A DNA stretch of 64,000 bases from a virus. Lineage: Duplodnaviria > Caudoviricetes. The stretch lies in IMG/VR virus record IMGVR_UViG_3300029288_000065, positions 96,001 to 160,000 of that record. The stretch is one strand, 5' to 3'. A model generated the notes under the pieces. The model was not told the origin of the DNA and did no database searches. It saw only the letters and a program-made list of their open reading frames with translations. The stretch's first letter is position 1. Each line of letters starts with the position of its first letter. Positions 38,924-48,498 of the stretch are shown in pieces. The translations under genes were made by a program, and so were the position numbers.

Positions 38924-38958
38924 CTTCCGAGAATTTGGTACGTTAAAGGAGATAAAAA

Positions 38959-39147
38959 ATGGAAAGAACGCTTGATGCCACGATTGCAGATGATCTCCTA
39001 TCCAGGATAAACCCAAGTACGCAAGCAGACAGGCTGAGTAATGCCGTACGAGCTTGTAACATGGGTTCAAAACAGGCAGAGAGAGTAATACTTCGGGGTC
39101 TTGAACTCGTAGCGAAAGAAGCGAAAGAAAAGAAGGAAGAAAAATGA
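38959..39147 (+). CDS. hypothetical protein
   Basis: SD AAGGAG; 62 aa. Confidence 0.6.
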   Translation: MERTLDATIADDLLSRINPSTQADRLSNAVRACNMGSKQAERVILRGLELVAKEAKEKKEEK

Positions 39148-39290
39148 CGCCAGAAGAATTCCAACAGATTATAGCACGTCTGAATGAAGAACACGAAGAA
39201 AACAACAAGAAAATAGATAGAAGCTTCCGAAATATGATGATCTTACTGGTGGTGGTAGTAGTATTAGCATTAATAATTATGTGTATTTAA
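39144..39290 (+). CDS. small membrane protein (48 aa)
   Basis: MTPEEFQQII...MMILLVVVVVLALIIMCI; ATGA overlap; below the track cutoff. Confidence 0.55.
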   Translation: MTPEEFQQIIARLNEEHEENNKKIDRSFRNMMILLVVVVVLALIIMCI

Positions 39291-40353
39291 GAACATCACC
39301 AGAATAATACATCTCAATCTTCTCAATTACTTCCTCAGCAGAAATCATATCCATACACTTAGCAATAGAAATTGGACCCTTTTTTACCGGAGAAGGACAG
39401 AAATCAGTGACATCAGACTTATCATTGTCTCCTACTTTTTGACATCTGCTCTTCCAACACCCCCCATTATTGCAACACCACATAGTACCAACTCTATGGA
39501 GATATTGATGAAAAGGATAAGCCTCCCATTGAACAGGTTCTCTCCCACCAGCAATAACAATACAAGGACGGTGATTTGGTAATCTATTCCCAAAATTATC
39601 AACATCTCTCATTGGTGTAGCAGCAGCCAAATGCATAGCGAAAGTAATAGGACAAATCACTCCAACACTATGATACATTAAACGAACGAATTGCCTAATA
39701 TCAGTCTTCCCGACCAAATTAAGAACACCTTTCAACTTGGGATGGAAGTGATTTTTCTCACCACATTGTACGAACAATATTTTCTTTCTAAAGTGATCAA
39801 CAATCTTTTGATATTTCTGCGGGTCCCACCATTTGGTTGTAAAGTCAAATTTTCCACCAGCCATTAAAATCCAAAAATTTCTCTTTATCCCTCTTTCTTC
39901 TATTTGTGACATCCATCCTCGCTCTTCATCAGATAAGTGGATATCACCATTAAATTCAGTCATCGGTATTCTTATCCCCAATTTATTTTCCAGATCTTGG
40001 AGATATCCATGGATAAAGTGATAAGCACTGGAATTACAATAATTTATTGATGCTGGAAACTCACCATCATACACACATTTTATAATCTCTATTTTCTCAA
40101 ATTTTCTTATTTTAAATTTATGTTCATGGATCATTTCTTCATTCGATCTAACTTCCTCATCTGTATTCTCAACATCAAACTTCTTCCATTTGAGACTCGT
40201 AATATACGGATTGTTCTCGAATAGTTCTGGTACTGATGTTTCTATATCTGTTTTGAATTGTTTTGGATAGGCTTTGTGGAGTTCGCGGACTGCAGCCGTC
40301 AGCATCAATATATCACCAGGTGACAAGTGACATACAAGGAGTAACTTGCGCAT
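39277..40353 (-). CDS. GT9 ADP-heptose:LPS heptosyltransferase-like
   Basis: SPGDILMLTAAVREL, FENNPYI, NLVGKTDIRQ, TFAMHLAAA, AGGREP. Confidence 0.85.
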   Translation of the reverse strand: MRKLLLVCHLSPGDILMLTAAVRELHKAYPKQFKTDIETSVPELFENNPYITSLKWKKFDVENTDEEVRSNEEMIHEHKFKIRKFEKIEIIKCVYDGEFPASINYCNSSAYHFIHGYLQDLENKLGIRIPMTEFNGDIHLSDEERGWMSQIEERGIKRNFWILMAGGKFDFTTKWWDPQKYQKIVDHFRKKILFVQCGEKNHFHPKLKGVLNLVGKTDIRQFVRLMYHSVGVICPITFAMHLAAATPMRDVDNFGNRLPNHRPCIVIAGGREPVQWEAYPFHQYLHRVGTMWCCNNGGCWKSRCQKVGDNDKSDVTDFCPSPVKKGPISIAKCMDMISAEEVIEKIEMYYSGDVLKYT

Positions 40354-40393
40354 AATTTTGAAATACGATATAATTTCAGCCGGAGGATTCTCA

Positions 40394-41149
40394 ATGCATA
40401 AGAAGACGCGCATCTGGTGGACCGACATCGAAAAAGAGGAAATAACAAAACGAGCAGCCAATATCATTTTTAAGAACCCCGGTACTTCTCAACTTGATGC
40501 TCTACGTCGTTCCCAGGAGTCTTTCCTTCCCAAGGAACGACGACGTGTAGTGATTACTATTTCTTCCGTTCCTTGGTTTCCTGAGCTTTTGAATAAGGAA
40601 ATGGACGCCTTGAAGAAGGCTTTGGCTCAACCTCCTGAGAGGGAGGTTATTGAGCAAGTTATCTTCGAACCCATGAAGTTGACTGAAGTCCCTACTGAAC
40701 ATTTGATTTCTGAATTGATCCGGAGAATCTTGACTGCAGGTGGAAGTGGTCTGGTTTCTCAAGTAAACAATACCATTGCCCAGACGATCCACAACGAGTT
40801 GCCTGGTGCCATTTCGAGGTTGCGTGAGAAGACAAATGTTGTTTCTAGGGAACATCTGAAGAAGATTTTGGTTATTGGTCTTCTTCCTGAGCAAATCAAT
40901 GAAGTTCAGAAGATGTTTGATACTAGTTTTGAGTTGTCTTTCTGGACCGATGGTGATTCCAAGTCTCTGCAGCAGAAGGCTCCACACCAGGATAAGATCT
41001 ATATTATGAAGAGGTTTATTAGTCATAATGTGTATGACATGTTGAAGTCTGCGAAGGTGTCATACACGATTGTTCCTGGTGCTACGTCTGAATTGTGTGC
41101 CGTGATGGAGAAATATTTCTTTGAATTAAATCCTCTTACGGCTGGATGA
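40394..41149 (+). CDS. hypothetical protein with C-terminal DUF2325-like domain
   Basis: KILVIGL...IMKRFISH; SD GGAGG. Confidence 0.6.
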   Translation: MHKKTRIWWTDIEKEEITKRAANIIFKNPGTSQLDALRRSQESFLPKERRRVVITISSVPWFPELLNKEMDALKKALAQPPEREVIEQVIFEPMKLTEVPTEHLISELIRRILTAGGSGLVSQVNNTIAQTIHNELPGAISRLREKTNVVSREHLKKILVIGLLPEQINEVQKMFDTSFELSFWTDGDSKSLQQKAPHQDKIYIMKRFISHNVYDMLKSAKVSYTIVPGATSELCAVMEKYFFELNPLTAG

Positions 41150-41152
41150 GAT

Positions 41153-41557
41153 ATGACAAGTTCAATTGATATAGTATTAAGATTGGTCCGAAAAACACTC
41201 CAAAGGTACAAAATTAAATATCTTGAATCCTCATTTGCCTTGCAAAAAAAGAATAAAATCATTTTTATACAGTTTAACAAACAGGTAAAGAAATGCCGCA
41301 AATGTGCTCAACAAGATGAAATTAAAATGACGCAAAGAACAGAACATAGCCAAAACACATATTTCTGGGTACATGACCATGGGCAAAATGAATTTGAATT
41401 AGGATTTAAATATTATCTCTGGCCTGAACCGTTTACAATAAAATTCTTCCAGCATCAAACTTCTTTTAATTTGTGTGATCCAAAATCATTTCAAAAAATT
41501 CACGAATTCATTTCTCCGCATTTACGCAAGATAAGGAGAAAACCATGTGGGTCTTGA
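41153..41557 (+). CDS. small protein, FNLCDP family
   Basis: FNLCDPKSF. Confidence 0.55.
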   Translation: MTSSIDIVLRLVRKTLQRYKIKYLESSFALQKKNKIIFIQFNKQVKKCRKCAQQDEIKMTQRTEHSQNTYFWVHDHGQNEFELGFKYYLWPEPFTIKFFQHQTSFNLCDPKSFQKIHEFISPHLRKIRRKPCGS

Positions 41558-42204
41558 TAACCAAGAAAATACCTTGTGAAGTATCACCACCAAAAATGTC
41601 AGTCTTCTGGTCAACTCCCTGGCCACATCGAGAATGGGCAGAAAGACAAGCAGAGAAAAATGAGGTTGGTGAGAAAGAACTCGTCCCGACAGATAAATCA
41701 TATGCCGTATCAGAAGACGCTATTTTCGGTTTGGAGCCAAATTGGAATGGAGCACGACGAATTAGATTTGATGATAAGGATGTCCGAATTTTCCCGCACG
41801 AATTCAGCCCAATACCTCCAGAACGTCTTCGGCTTTATCTGGATGAAGGTGTTTTCGAACTTATCTCAGAAGGTGTAGCTAGTGAGCAAGTAATCAACGA
41901 TCTAATGGAGGGCGATAAGAGAGTTCTTTGGGAGCATGCTTTGGTTGATGGTTGTACAGATTCCGAAGCAAGAATGGTTGCTCTTGGTATGGATATTTCC
42001 ATACCAGATGCTGAGATTCCACCTGTTGGGTGGTTTAGGTGCAAGAAGGAATTTGCTCGATTTTTCTGTGAAGAGAATGAGATGGTTGAGACCAGGACTC
42101 ATGCTCCGCCTATGCCTGTCGCAAAGTCAATAGCGCCAGAGAAGAAAACCAGAGTAAGAAAAGTTCCTTTGAAGAAAACTACTTCATGTACTTCCCGAAA
42201 ATAG
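41545..42204 (+). CDS. hypothetical protein
   Basis: SD AAGGAG; 219 aa. Confidence 0.7.
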   Translation: MWVLITKKIPCEVSPPKMSVFWSTPWPHREWAERQAEKNEVGEKELVPTDKSYAVSEDAIFGLEPNWNGARRIRFDDKDVRIFPHEFSPIPPERLRLYLDEGVFELISEGVASEQVINDLMEGDKRVLWEHALVDGCTDSEARMVALGMDISIPDAEIPPVGWFRCKKEFARFFCEENEMVETRTHAPPMPVAKSIAPEKKTRVRKVPLKKTTSCTSRK

Positions 42205-42469
42205 AATTTCTTCCGATCCATCCGTTTATAAATCCATGATTATTTCCAATCTGGTATCTATTATCTTGAATGGCTTTAACCAGGTGTAGATATTCTTTCC
42301 CATGAACCTTACAGAGAACAATATCACCGACAGTGATTTCATCTTTAATAGGAGTTACTGTACATAATTGTCCTGATTCAATCTTTCCGGTCATGGAATT
42401 CCCATGAGGTCTGAATGTGACGGTCTCACCTGCTTGCAATTTTTCTATGTAATGTGAAGCCCACCCCAT
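42179..42469 (-). CDS. S24/S26 peptidase-like protein
   Basis: GNSM..I..G, GDIVL, HLVK, GNN. Confidence 0.65.
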   Translation of the reverse strand: MGWASHYIEKLQAGETVTFRPHGNSMTGKIESGQLCTVTPIKDEITVGDIVLCKVHGKEYLHLVKAIQDNRYQIGNNHGFINGWIGRNSIFGKYMK

Positions 42470-42477
42470 CATTCACC

Positions 42478-42693
42478 TCAACATGAAACCCTTACCAATC
42501 TAATTTCAAGAAAATGACTGGTTACTGGATTTTCTAAAAGTATTCTGTGTGATATCTCTCTGACTTCAAATTTCCGCCAAATCTTCTTTTTGTTTTCCCA
42601 AAAAGCCAATTCAACAGTCTCACCTTTTCGAGGAACACATGGTAATTCACAGAAGATAGGATCAAAATCCCCTACGAAGTTCACTTTGTTCAT
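42478..42693 (-). CDS. hypothetical protein
   Basis: VPRKGETV motif; SD GGAG. Confidence 0.55.
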   Translation of the reverse strand: MNKVNFVGDFDPIFCELPCVPRKGETVELAFWENKKKIWRKFEVREISHRILLENPVTSHFLEIRLVRVSC

Positions 42694-42748
42694 ATTATCT
42701 CCGATAGGAAACCTCCAGTATCATATCGATCGTCAATTCAAGAGGGAA

Positions 42749-42964
42749 TTACTTCTTTGTACTGATCGAAGTAAACTTCTTCAGATTCTTCAAAGACTTG
42801 TCATCTTTCTTGACAACAGCAGGAGTAGATGGTTTCGGAGACTTAGTCGGACCCTCGTTATGAGTTACCAGACCACTCCGCTTCAGTTGCTTGTTTACCT
42901 TGGCACCCCTGGCCTCAACAACGTTTCTTCTGGTTATTGGCGTGATTATCTTTACACCTATCAT
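42749..42964 (-). CDS. small basic hypothetical protein
   Basis: SD AAGGAG; K/R-rich. Confidence 0.55.
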   Translation of the reverse strand: MIGVKIITPITRRNVVEARGAKVNKQLKRSGLVTHNEGPTKSPKPSTPAVVKKDDKSLKNLKKFTSISTKK

Positions 42965-42977
42965 GGTCTCACTCCTT

Positions 42978-43688
42978 TTAATCTATATTTACACTAACCC
43001 TCTTAAAATGATTAATATTAGCCTCCCTACATTCCTGTAAAGCATTCGGGAAGGTTTCAATCTCATCCTTAATAAAATTAAAATCATCAAGAGTAATATC
43101 CCTACACACAGGAACTCTATACTTCATATAATTAAATTTATTATACTGACTAACACATAATACTTTCTTTCCCAATAACGTAGCCCAATAAACACCATGG
43201 TAAGAATTGGTTATAACAATATTAGCAGATCCAAGGAATTCGATTATCTCTTCAAATTGTCGATTATTATCTAATGTTCTGAAAGTAAAATTTGGTAATG
43301 GTTGTTTGGTATGCTTCAACATGACTACATCTTCTTTAATTGGGTATACTTTATCAAAAAGTTTACTCATACAACTTGCACAAGGAACCCAAGTGGAATT
43401 TGGGTATATATCACGAATTCCCTCCAATTTTAGATCTGGAGGAGATGTATTATTTATACCGACTCCCCAAAAACAATATCTATTTATTGCACATATTCCT
43501 TTTATGATTTCAATCCAACCTGGCCGAAATAAACCGCCACCACCAAAAATTACCAGCCCATGGTAATCCTGTATTTGTGCAGTCTGAATATCTATTCTTA
43601 TTGATGGTCCTAGATCAAAATAATCCAAAGGACTTGAAGCCATATCTCCAGTATTGTTATGATTTATTCTGTGTATGTTGACTATCAT
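42978..43688 (-). CDS. polysaccharide pyruvyl transferase-like protein
   Basis: NTGD, FGGGGLF, WGVG, IRD, ITNSYHGVYWATLLGK. Confidence 0.8.
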   Translation of the reverse strand: MIVNIHRINHNNTGDMASSPLDYFDLGPSIRIDIQTAQIQDYHGLVIFGGGGLFRPGWIEIIKGICAINRYCFWGVGINNTSPPDLKLEGIRDIYPNSTWVPCASCMSKLFDKVYPIKEDVVMLKHTKQPLPNFTFRTLDNNRQFEEIIEFLGSANIVITNSYHGVYWATLLGKKVLCVSQYNKFNYMKYRVPVCRDITLDDFNFIKDEIETFPNALQECREANINHFKRVSVNID

Positions 43689-43714
43689 ATATTATTTAAT
43701 TTCAAAAATATTTT

Positions 43715-44317
43715 ATGAAGCTTTCGAAATTAAGATCTCCAATAATGGAGGATTCTGGTAGAAAGAAAGTAATGTTTGTAAAAGTATATGAAATTGCCAA
43801 CAAAATTCATGAACTTCTCTCATCCCTTGACTCCAAAATAGCAGTATCAGATGAAGATTTCCATAAGATATCAAACTTATATGCTAGATTAAATCTAATG
43901 ATTAATGAGACCTTTCCGTCAGAAGGTGATCTGAACAAGATAATGAGGAGAATTTCATATCTTCTCCAGAGTAGTTGGACACCACAAAGTCAAACTATGC
44001 TATCTCCACAAGAAGTATCCCAGATGTTTGAAAGCACCACAACAATCTTCGCAGGGAAAATTCCAAAGATAAAACATATGATCTTTAAGATAAAGAATAT
44101 ATGTAATGAGATAATTATTGGCGATCCATCTTCCTGGGGTACAAATAGTAGACGTTGGAAGAATCACGTTCAACCAGCCTTTGACTTACTGGATGATATT
44201 ATGGCTGAAATTCAGAATTATGCCAAATATGATCCGGAATCAAGATTATTCGCCTCTACTGCCAGATTATCAGATACGAAAGTTCTACCAGCAATAGGTA
44301 AGAGACAAGCAAGTTAA
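43715..44317 (+). CDS. putative head-internal protein
   Basis: N-terminal MKLSKL..IME. Confidence 0.55.
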   Translation: MKLSKLRSPIMEDSGRKKVMFVKVYEIANKIHELLSSLDSKIAVSDEDFHKISNLYARLNLMINETFPSEGDLNKIMRRISYLLQSSWTPQSQTMLSPQEVSQMFESTTTIFAGKIPKIKHMIFKIKNICNEIIIGDPSSWGTNSRRWKNHVQPAFDLLDDIMAEIQNYAKYDPESRLFASTARLSDTKVLPAIGKRQAS

Positions 44318-44330
44318 TCAAAAATATCGT

Positions 44331-45521
44331 ATGAAGCTTAGGAATTTATCATCTCTTATTTGCGAAGTTGTTCAAGCATCAGTAGCAAAAGGTACCTACC
44401 CAGATCATGGTGACGGTAATCGACGAAGACGTTATTGGATGGTCTTGGGAAAATATGTTGATCCAAGAACACCAGAAAAAGGTGAACATATAGCGGTTAT
44501 TGATCTTAGAGGTGTCGTAAACGGAGGTATTAGAAAGAAGAAAGGGAAGAATAAGGAAACAGCTCTTCCTGGTTTTGGTGTTGAAGGTCTACAGAAACTT
44601 CGGATGTATCTCCCAGAGATTCTTGGCTTTGTGTCTGACAAAGAGTTGACAAAGAAACCGCAAGTATCAGTAGCAATGGTAACAGATATAATGGATAAAT
44701 ATGGTGAAGAGGGTGTAGAGAGATTAGGACAGATGTTGAAAGATCCAGAGATATTAAAAGACCCAACCAAAATTTTACGTCATGAGAAAATAAAGTATGA
44801 CAGGATGACGAAAGATATTTTAAATCAGATTGAGAATTTATCCTCTATGAAGATGAAACCAAGGCCTTTAAAGGGTACTACAGCCAGCAGTGGTAGGTAT
44901 CAGATGGGGAGGCATGTTGTTCCTGATTCGACTGTAAATGCAATTTTTGAACATTGGTATAGAACACCACTTCTGAGTGAATTTGGCGATATTTCCCATG
45001 ACGTTCTGACTGCTTTGGAGAAGCCTTCTGATCAAGAGCAAGCGAAGGAATTATTTAAAATTGCTGAGAGTCAAATTCGGGAGGTGGAGAAGGAAGTTCC
45101 GGAGATTACCAAACCTGAAGCTCCACCAGAAGAATTGGAACCTGAAGTTCCGGAAGCTCCTCCTGAAGAACCAGAGGTTGCAACACCGGAGGAACCTCTT
45201 TATGCTAAACCTGAGGAAAAGCCAGAAACGGCTACAAAGAAAATTGATCCTCAGAGAATTTTGAAGGCTCCAGCTCCCAAATTAAAACCTGAATTACAAC
45301 GGAAACCTGGTCAACCTGAGGCTGAAGTCGGGTTTGAGCCTACGACTGAACCACCAATTTCTGAACCTGAACAGAAAGAGATTGAGTCCAGGGCTAAAGA
45401 GACTATTAAGCGTGCTGATTTGCGTCCTGGGAGAGTTCCTGTACCAAAGAAACCTATTCTTAAAGCTACTCCAAAGAAGCCCCCTATTGAACCAGAGGAG
45501 ACTGAACCGGGGGTATTATAA
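44331..45521 (+). CDS. putative head-internal protein with E/P/K-rich tail
   Basis: N-terminal MKLRNL..LICE; PEE repeats. Confidence 0.6.
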   Translation: MKLRNLSSLICEVVQASVAKGTYPDHGDGNRRRRYWMVLGKYVDPRTPEKGEHIAVIDLRGVVNGGIRKKKGKNKETALPGFGVEGLQKLRMYLPEILGFVSDKELTKKPQVSVAMVTDIMDKYGEEGVERLGQMLKDPEILKDPTKILRHEKIKYDRMTKDILNQIENLSSMKMKPRPLKGTTASSGRYQMGRHVVPDSTVNAIFEHWYRTPLLSEFGDISHDVLTALEKPSDQEQAKELFKIAESQIREVEKEVPEITKPEAPPEELEPEVPEAPPEEPEVATPEEPLYAKPEEKPETATKKIDPQRILKAPAPKLKPELQRKPGQPEAEVGFEPTTEPPISEPEQKEIESRAKETIKRADLRPGRVPVPKKPILKATPKKPPIEPEETEPGVL

Positions 45522-45522
45522 A

Positions 45523-46122
45523 ATGGAGAAAATTGATCCTTTTCTTACTGATGATGAGATGGCACAAACTTGGGGTAAATCTCCACGGACTATTAGATTG
45601 TGGAAAAATGCTCAGGGGATATTTGGTAAACAGATTTCTGATAAGCATAAGACACCTCCTCGGAAACCAGTGACGAAGATTTTGGATACTAAAATTTGGA
45701 ATAATAGGGAGTGGCTTTTTGAGATGTATGTTAATCGTCGTATGGGTATTAGATCAATTGCCAGGGTTATTGATAGGTCTTATTTGGCTACGAGATTGCG
45801 GTTGATTCATTTTAAGATTCCAATTCGGTCTTTTGATGCTTCTACAAGGCCGACTCATCCTTGTTTTAGTGTTGAGTGGCTTGAGGATAATTATGAACTT
45901 CAGGGTATGTCTCGGAAGAAGTGTGCTGCGAAAGCTGGTGTTTCGACGAAGACTATTGGTAGTTGGTTGGTTTATTTTAAGTTCGAGATGCGAGATAATT
46001 ACGAACAACTTATGGGCGAACGTAATCCATCATTTGGTAAGAAGTGTATAATAAAGAAAGATGTTACCGTACATCAAAAGACGTCGAATGCTTCGGGTGG
46101 TCCAGGACAGACTCAGACATGA
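45523..46122 (+). CDS. multi-HTH DNA-binding protein with NUMOD3-like motif
   Basis: three HTH-like units; GERNPSFGKK. Confidence 0.6.
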   Translation: MEKIDPFLTDDEMAQTWGKSPRTIRLWKNAQGIFGKQISDKHKTPPRKPVTKILDTKIWNNREWLFEMYVNRRMGIRSIARVIDRSYLATRLRLIHFKIPIRSFDASTRPTHPCFSVEWLEDNYELQGMSRKKCAAKAGVSTKTIGSWLVYFKFEMRDNYEQLMGERNPSFGKKCIIKKDVTVHQKTSNASGGPGQTQT

Positions 46123-47083
46123 GCCTATTGTAGAGAAAGTAGAGTTTAATTGTCGTAGAATTAGGATTACTTTCAAAACTGGGTTACGCGAATCGTGGTG
46201 GCATAGGAATCCTGCAATTGTTAATCGTCATATAGATATTCCTGATGATCCTTTCCTTGGAAATGCGTTACATCTAACTACTCAGAAGAGTGTCTATAAT
46301 TGTGATACAAGTAAGCTTCATTTTATTTCTTTAGAGAAATGGTTTTCTGGTAACTTTTATGATCAGAGATTAATTATTCATAAATTAATAAATCAATATA
46401 TTGTTGATGGATATGTTGATATGAAATATATTCCTGAGGAATGTTTCCATGATTTAAAACGTCTTCAGAATTTTAATTATGGGAAATTAATTAGTAATAA
46501 TGTTTTCTTTCGAAGAGGATTTAAACATCCTCCTGGATTAAAGGTCATAGATCAATATTCAGACTGGGGAGAAAGCATTAAGAACTTTTGGACCCCCCGA
46601 AATATCTATTGGGCCATTTACAAATGCTTCAAGACCAATCGTGACCCCACAAGAGGGTCAGTGGGAAGGATAGTCGGACGTAGAAATGGTCTCTGGTTTC
46701 ACACACCACTATATTATATTACTATCTTAAGAACCCTTGGTATCTCTTCTGGGTCTATCTTGGACCCATACCCTACTCCAATAAAAGCTGTTGCTGCTAC
46801 AATTGTGGGATGCAAGTATCAGACACCCAAGGACTTTTCTGATTTATCATCCTTCCTGGGGACGAAGTTTGAGGCACCTGGTAGAGCAAATTTTTTGTTG
46901 TTAGACTATAATATTAGATCGTTTGGGAATTGGGCTGATGATGTTAGACTTTGGGGTAGGCAGACTGATTTCCAGATTATCCTTTCGAGGGATAGGATAA
47001 AGGGTGCTCTTAGGTATCTTCAGGTGGTTTTACGGCCTGATGATATACAGGGCTGGTTTTCTGTTTTGAGGATGCCAAAGTGA
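46061..47083 (+). CDS. hypothetical protein with degenerate methyltransferase-like C-terminus
   Basis: SILDPYP resembles an ILDP SAM motif lacking its glycines. Confidence 0.45.
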   Translation: MLPYIKRRRMLRVVQDRLRHEPIVEKVEFNCRRIRITFKTGLRESWWHRNPAIVNRHIDIPDDPFLGNALHLTTQKSVYNCDTSKLHFISLEKWFSGNFYDQRLIIHKLINQYIVDGYVDMKYIPEECFHDLKRLQNFNYGKLISNNVFFRRGFKHPPGLKVIDQYSDWGESIKNFWTPRNIYWAIYKCFKTNRDPTRGSVGRIVGRRNGLWFHTPLYYITILRTLGISSGSILDPYPTPIKAVAATIVGCKYQTPKDFSDLSSFLGTKFEAPGRANFLLLDYNIRSFGNWADDVRLWGRQTDFQIILSRDRIKGALRYLQVVLRPDDIQGWFSVLRMPK

Positions 47084-47352
47084 GATATTTCTATATTGGT
47101 GTAATAACTTCAGATAAGGGTATTTTGGAACTTCGTGGAGTTCACGATAGTATTGATAAAACTACGGCAGAGAAGGAATTATCAAGTTGTGGCTTGAATG
47201 TTATTGAGCTTAGGGAAGCAACACAAATTGATGATCGTCTCGAAAGATTAAAGAAACTTCGTAGAAATTTAATTACACCGCCAACCAAAAATATGATAGG
47301 ACCAGGACCCTCCAAGAGATCTATCTGGGATTGGTTGTTCCGGAGGAGATGA
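47080..47352 (+). CDS. small protein resembling the PilC/GspF N-terminal domain
   Basis: YFYIG..KG..RG..DS....A.KEL...GLNVIELRE. Confidence 0.5.
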   Translation: MRYFYIGVITSDKGILELRGVHDSIDKTTAEKELSSCGLNVIELREATQIDDRLERLKKLRRNLITPPTKNMIGPGPSKRSIWDWLFRRR

Positions 47353-47561
47353 TGCTGTGCAGGAACTGCAAGACACAAAATCCCTGTCCAAAGCATTGGG
47401 TAAATGATCAGATTGTTCTCTGTAACCTATGCTATAAAGCTCTTATGAAATTACAAAGAGAGAGTCCAGAGACATTCACAGCAATTTTGGCGATGCTAAT
47501 GGGAGCGGATTCACATTGCGTAATCCCTATAGATCAAATTGACTTAAACAGCGAACAATGA
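47349..47561 (+). CDS. Zn-finger protein
   Basis: CRNC...LCNLC. Confidence 0.55.
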   Translation: MMLCRNCKTQNPCPKHWVNDQIVLCNLCYKALMKLQRESPETFTAILAMLMGADSHCVIPIDQIDLNSEQ

Positions 47562-47573
47562 TAATAATTACCT

Positions 47574-48035
47574 ATGGAATGTGTACCGAAACCGAGATAC
47601 TTTGCCAAAAACCGAGATTGTAATATCTACAAGATATTCGTAGAATCAATAGTTACAGTAACTGAGAAAGGCGAGGTAACTCAGAAATTTATAAATGACC
47701 CAGAAGTAGAAGATTTCTGGTTTGTAGTAAAGCTTCATAATGATGGAAAATGCGCTTATGGAAAGCATTGTAAGTTCCATGAATTTGAGTATAGTAAATG
47801 GCATAAAAATTGGATTAAAGCTGATTCAAAGAGTGTTTATGTGGTACATCGTGATTTTGAAAAATATCATCATGTTGGATGTTGGGATATAAGAGATATT
47901 ATTTTTTGGCCGTCATCCAAAATGAATTTTTCGCGGGTTATACAGGGAATATGGCAGCCTGAATTGGGACCAAAGAATAGGATAAAGATAAAGACTGCTA
48001 TTCGGAAGTATTTGGAGCGGATTGTTCATGGTTAA
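47574..48035 (+). CDS. hypothetical protein
   Basis: 153-aa ORF. Confidence 0.6.
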   Translation: MECVPKPRYFAKNRDCNIYKIFVESIVTVTEKGEVTQKFINDPEVEDFWFVVKLHNDGKCAYGKHCKFHEFEYSKWHKNWIKADSKSVYVVHRDFEKYHHVGCWDIRDIIFWPSSKMNFSRVIQGIWQPELGPKNRIKIKTAIRKYLERIVHG

Positions 48036-48498
48036 TGTAGGATTTTTTGAAGCGCTCTTCAATAAAGTAAAATGCCCACCGCACCTTTATATGATAAACG
48101 CACTCACTGCCTCATTCTCTCATGTAAAATTCAATTTTGTAAACCAACATGAGGAAACAAGTTTTTTTAATAGAGACATTAAAATAGACCAAATCCAATC
48201 AACCCCAACTATTTGGCTTTTTGAGTTACGATTGCCGGTCTTTTGGAATAAAATAAGTATCCTGGTGGGCGACACTTATACAGTGCAGGATAGAAAAATC
48301 GGGGTATTAGGTTACCAAGATCACAATTTGGCATTCTCAACAATTGATTTATACCGAGAATGGAATATCGCAGACCCAAATTTTGACCCAGAAGAACTAA
48401 TTAAAAGAATAGAAGCTCTACTCCCACGTCCAGGTTTGAGCTACGACCAACCCGCCCCTAATTATACTGAGCCAACTGATCGTTCTTCGCACTCCTAA
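48028..48498 (+). CDS. small protein, WNIADP family
   Basis: WNIADPNFDPEE. Confidence 0.6.
   Translation: MVNVGFFEALFNKVKCPPHLYMINALTASFSHVKFNFVNQHEETSFFNRDIKIDQIQSTPTIWLFELRLPVFWNKISILVGDTYTVQDRKIGVLGYQDHNLAFSTIDLYREWNIADPNFDPEELIKRIEALLPRPGLSYDQPAPNYTEPTDRSSHS

Noticed and set aside
45100-45520. PEE/EPE-coding repeats as a CRISPR or DNA repeat array
   Set aside because: Protein-level low complexity only; no constant repeat-spacer structure anywhere in the window.
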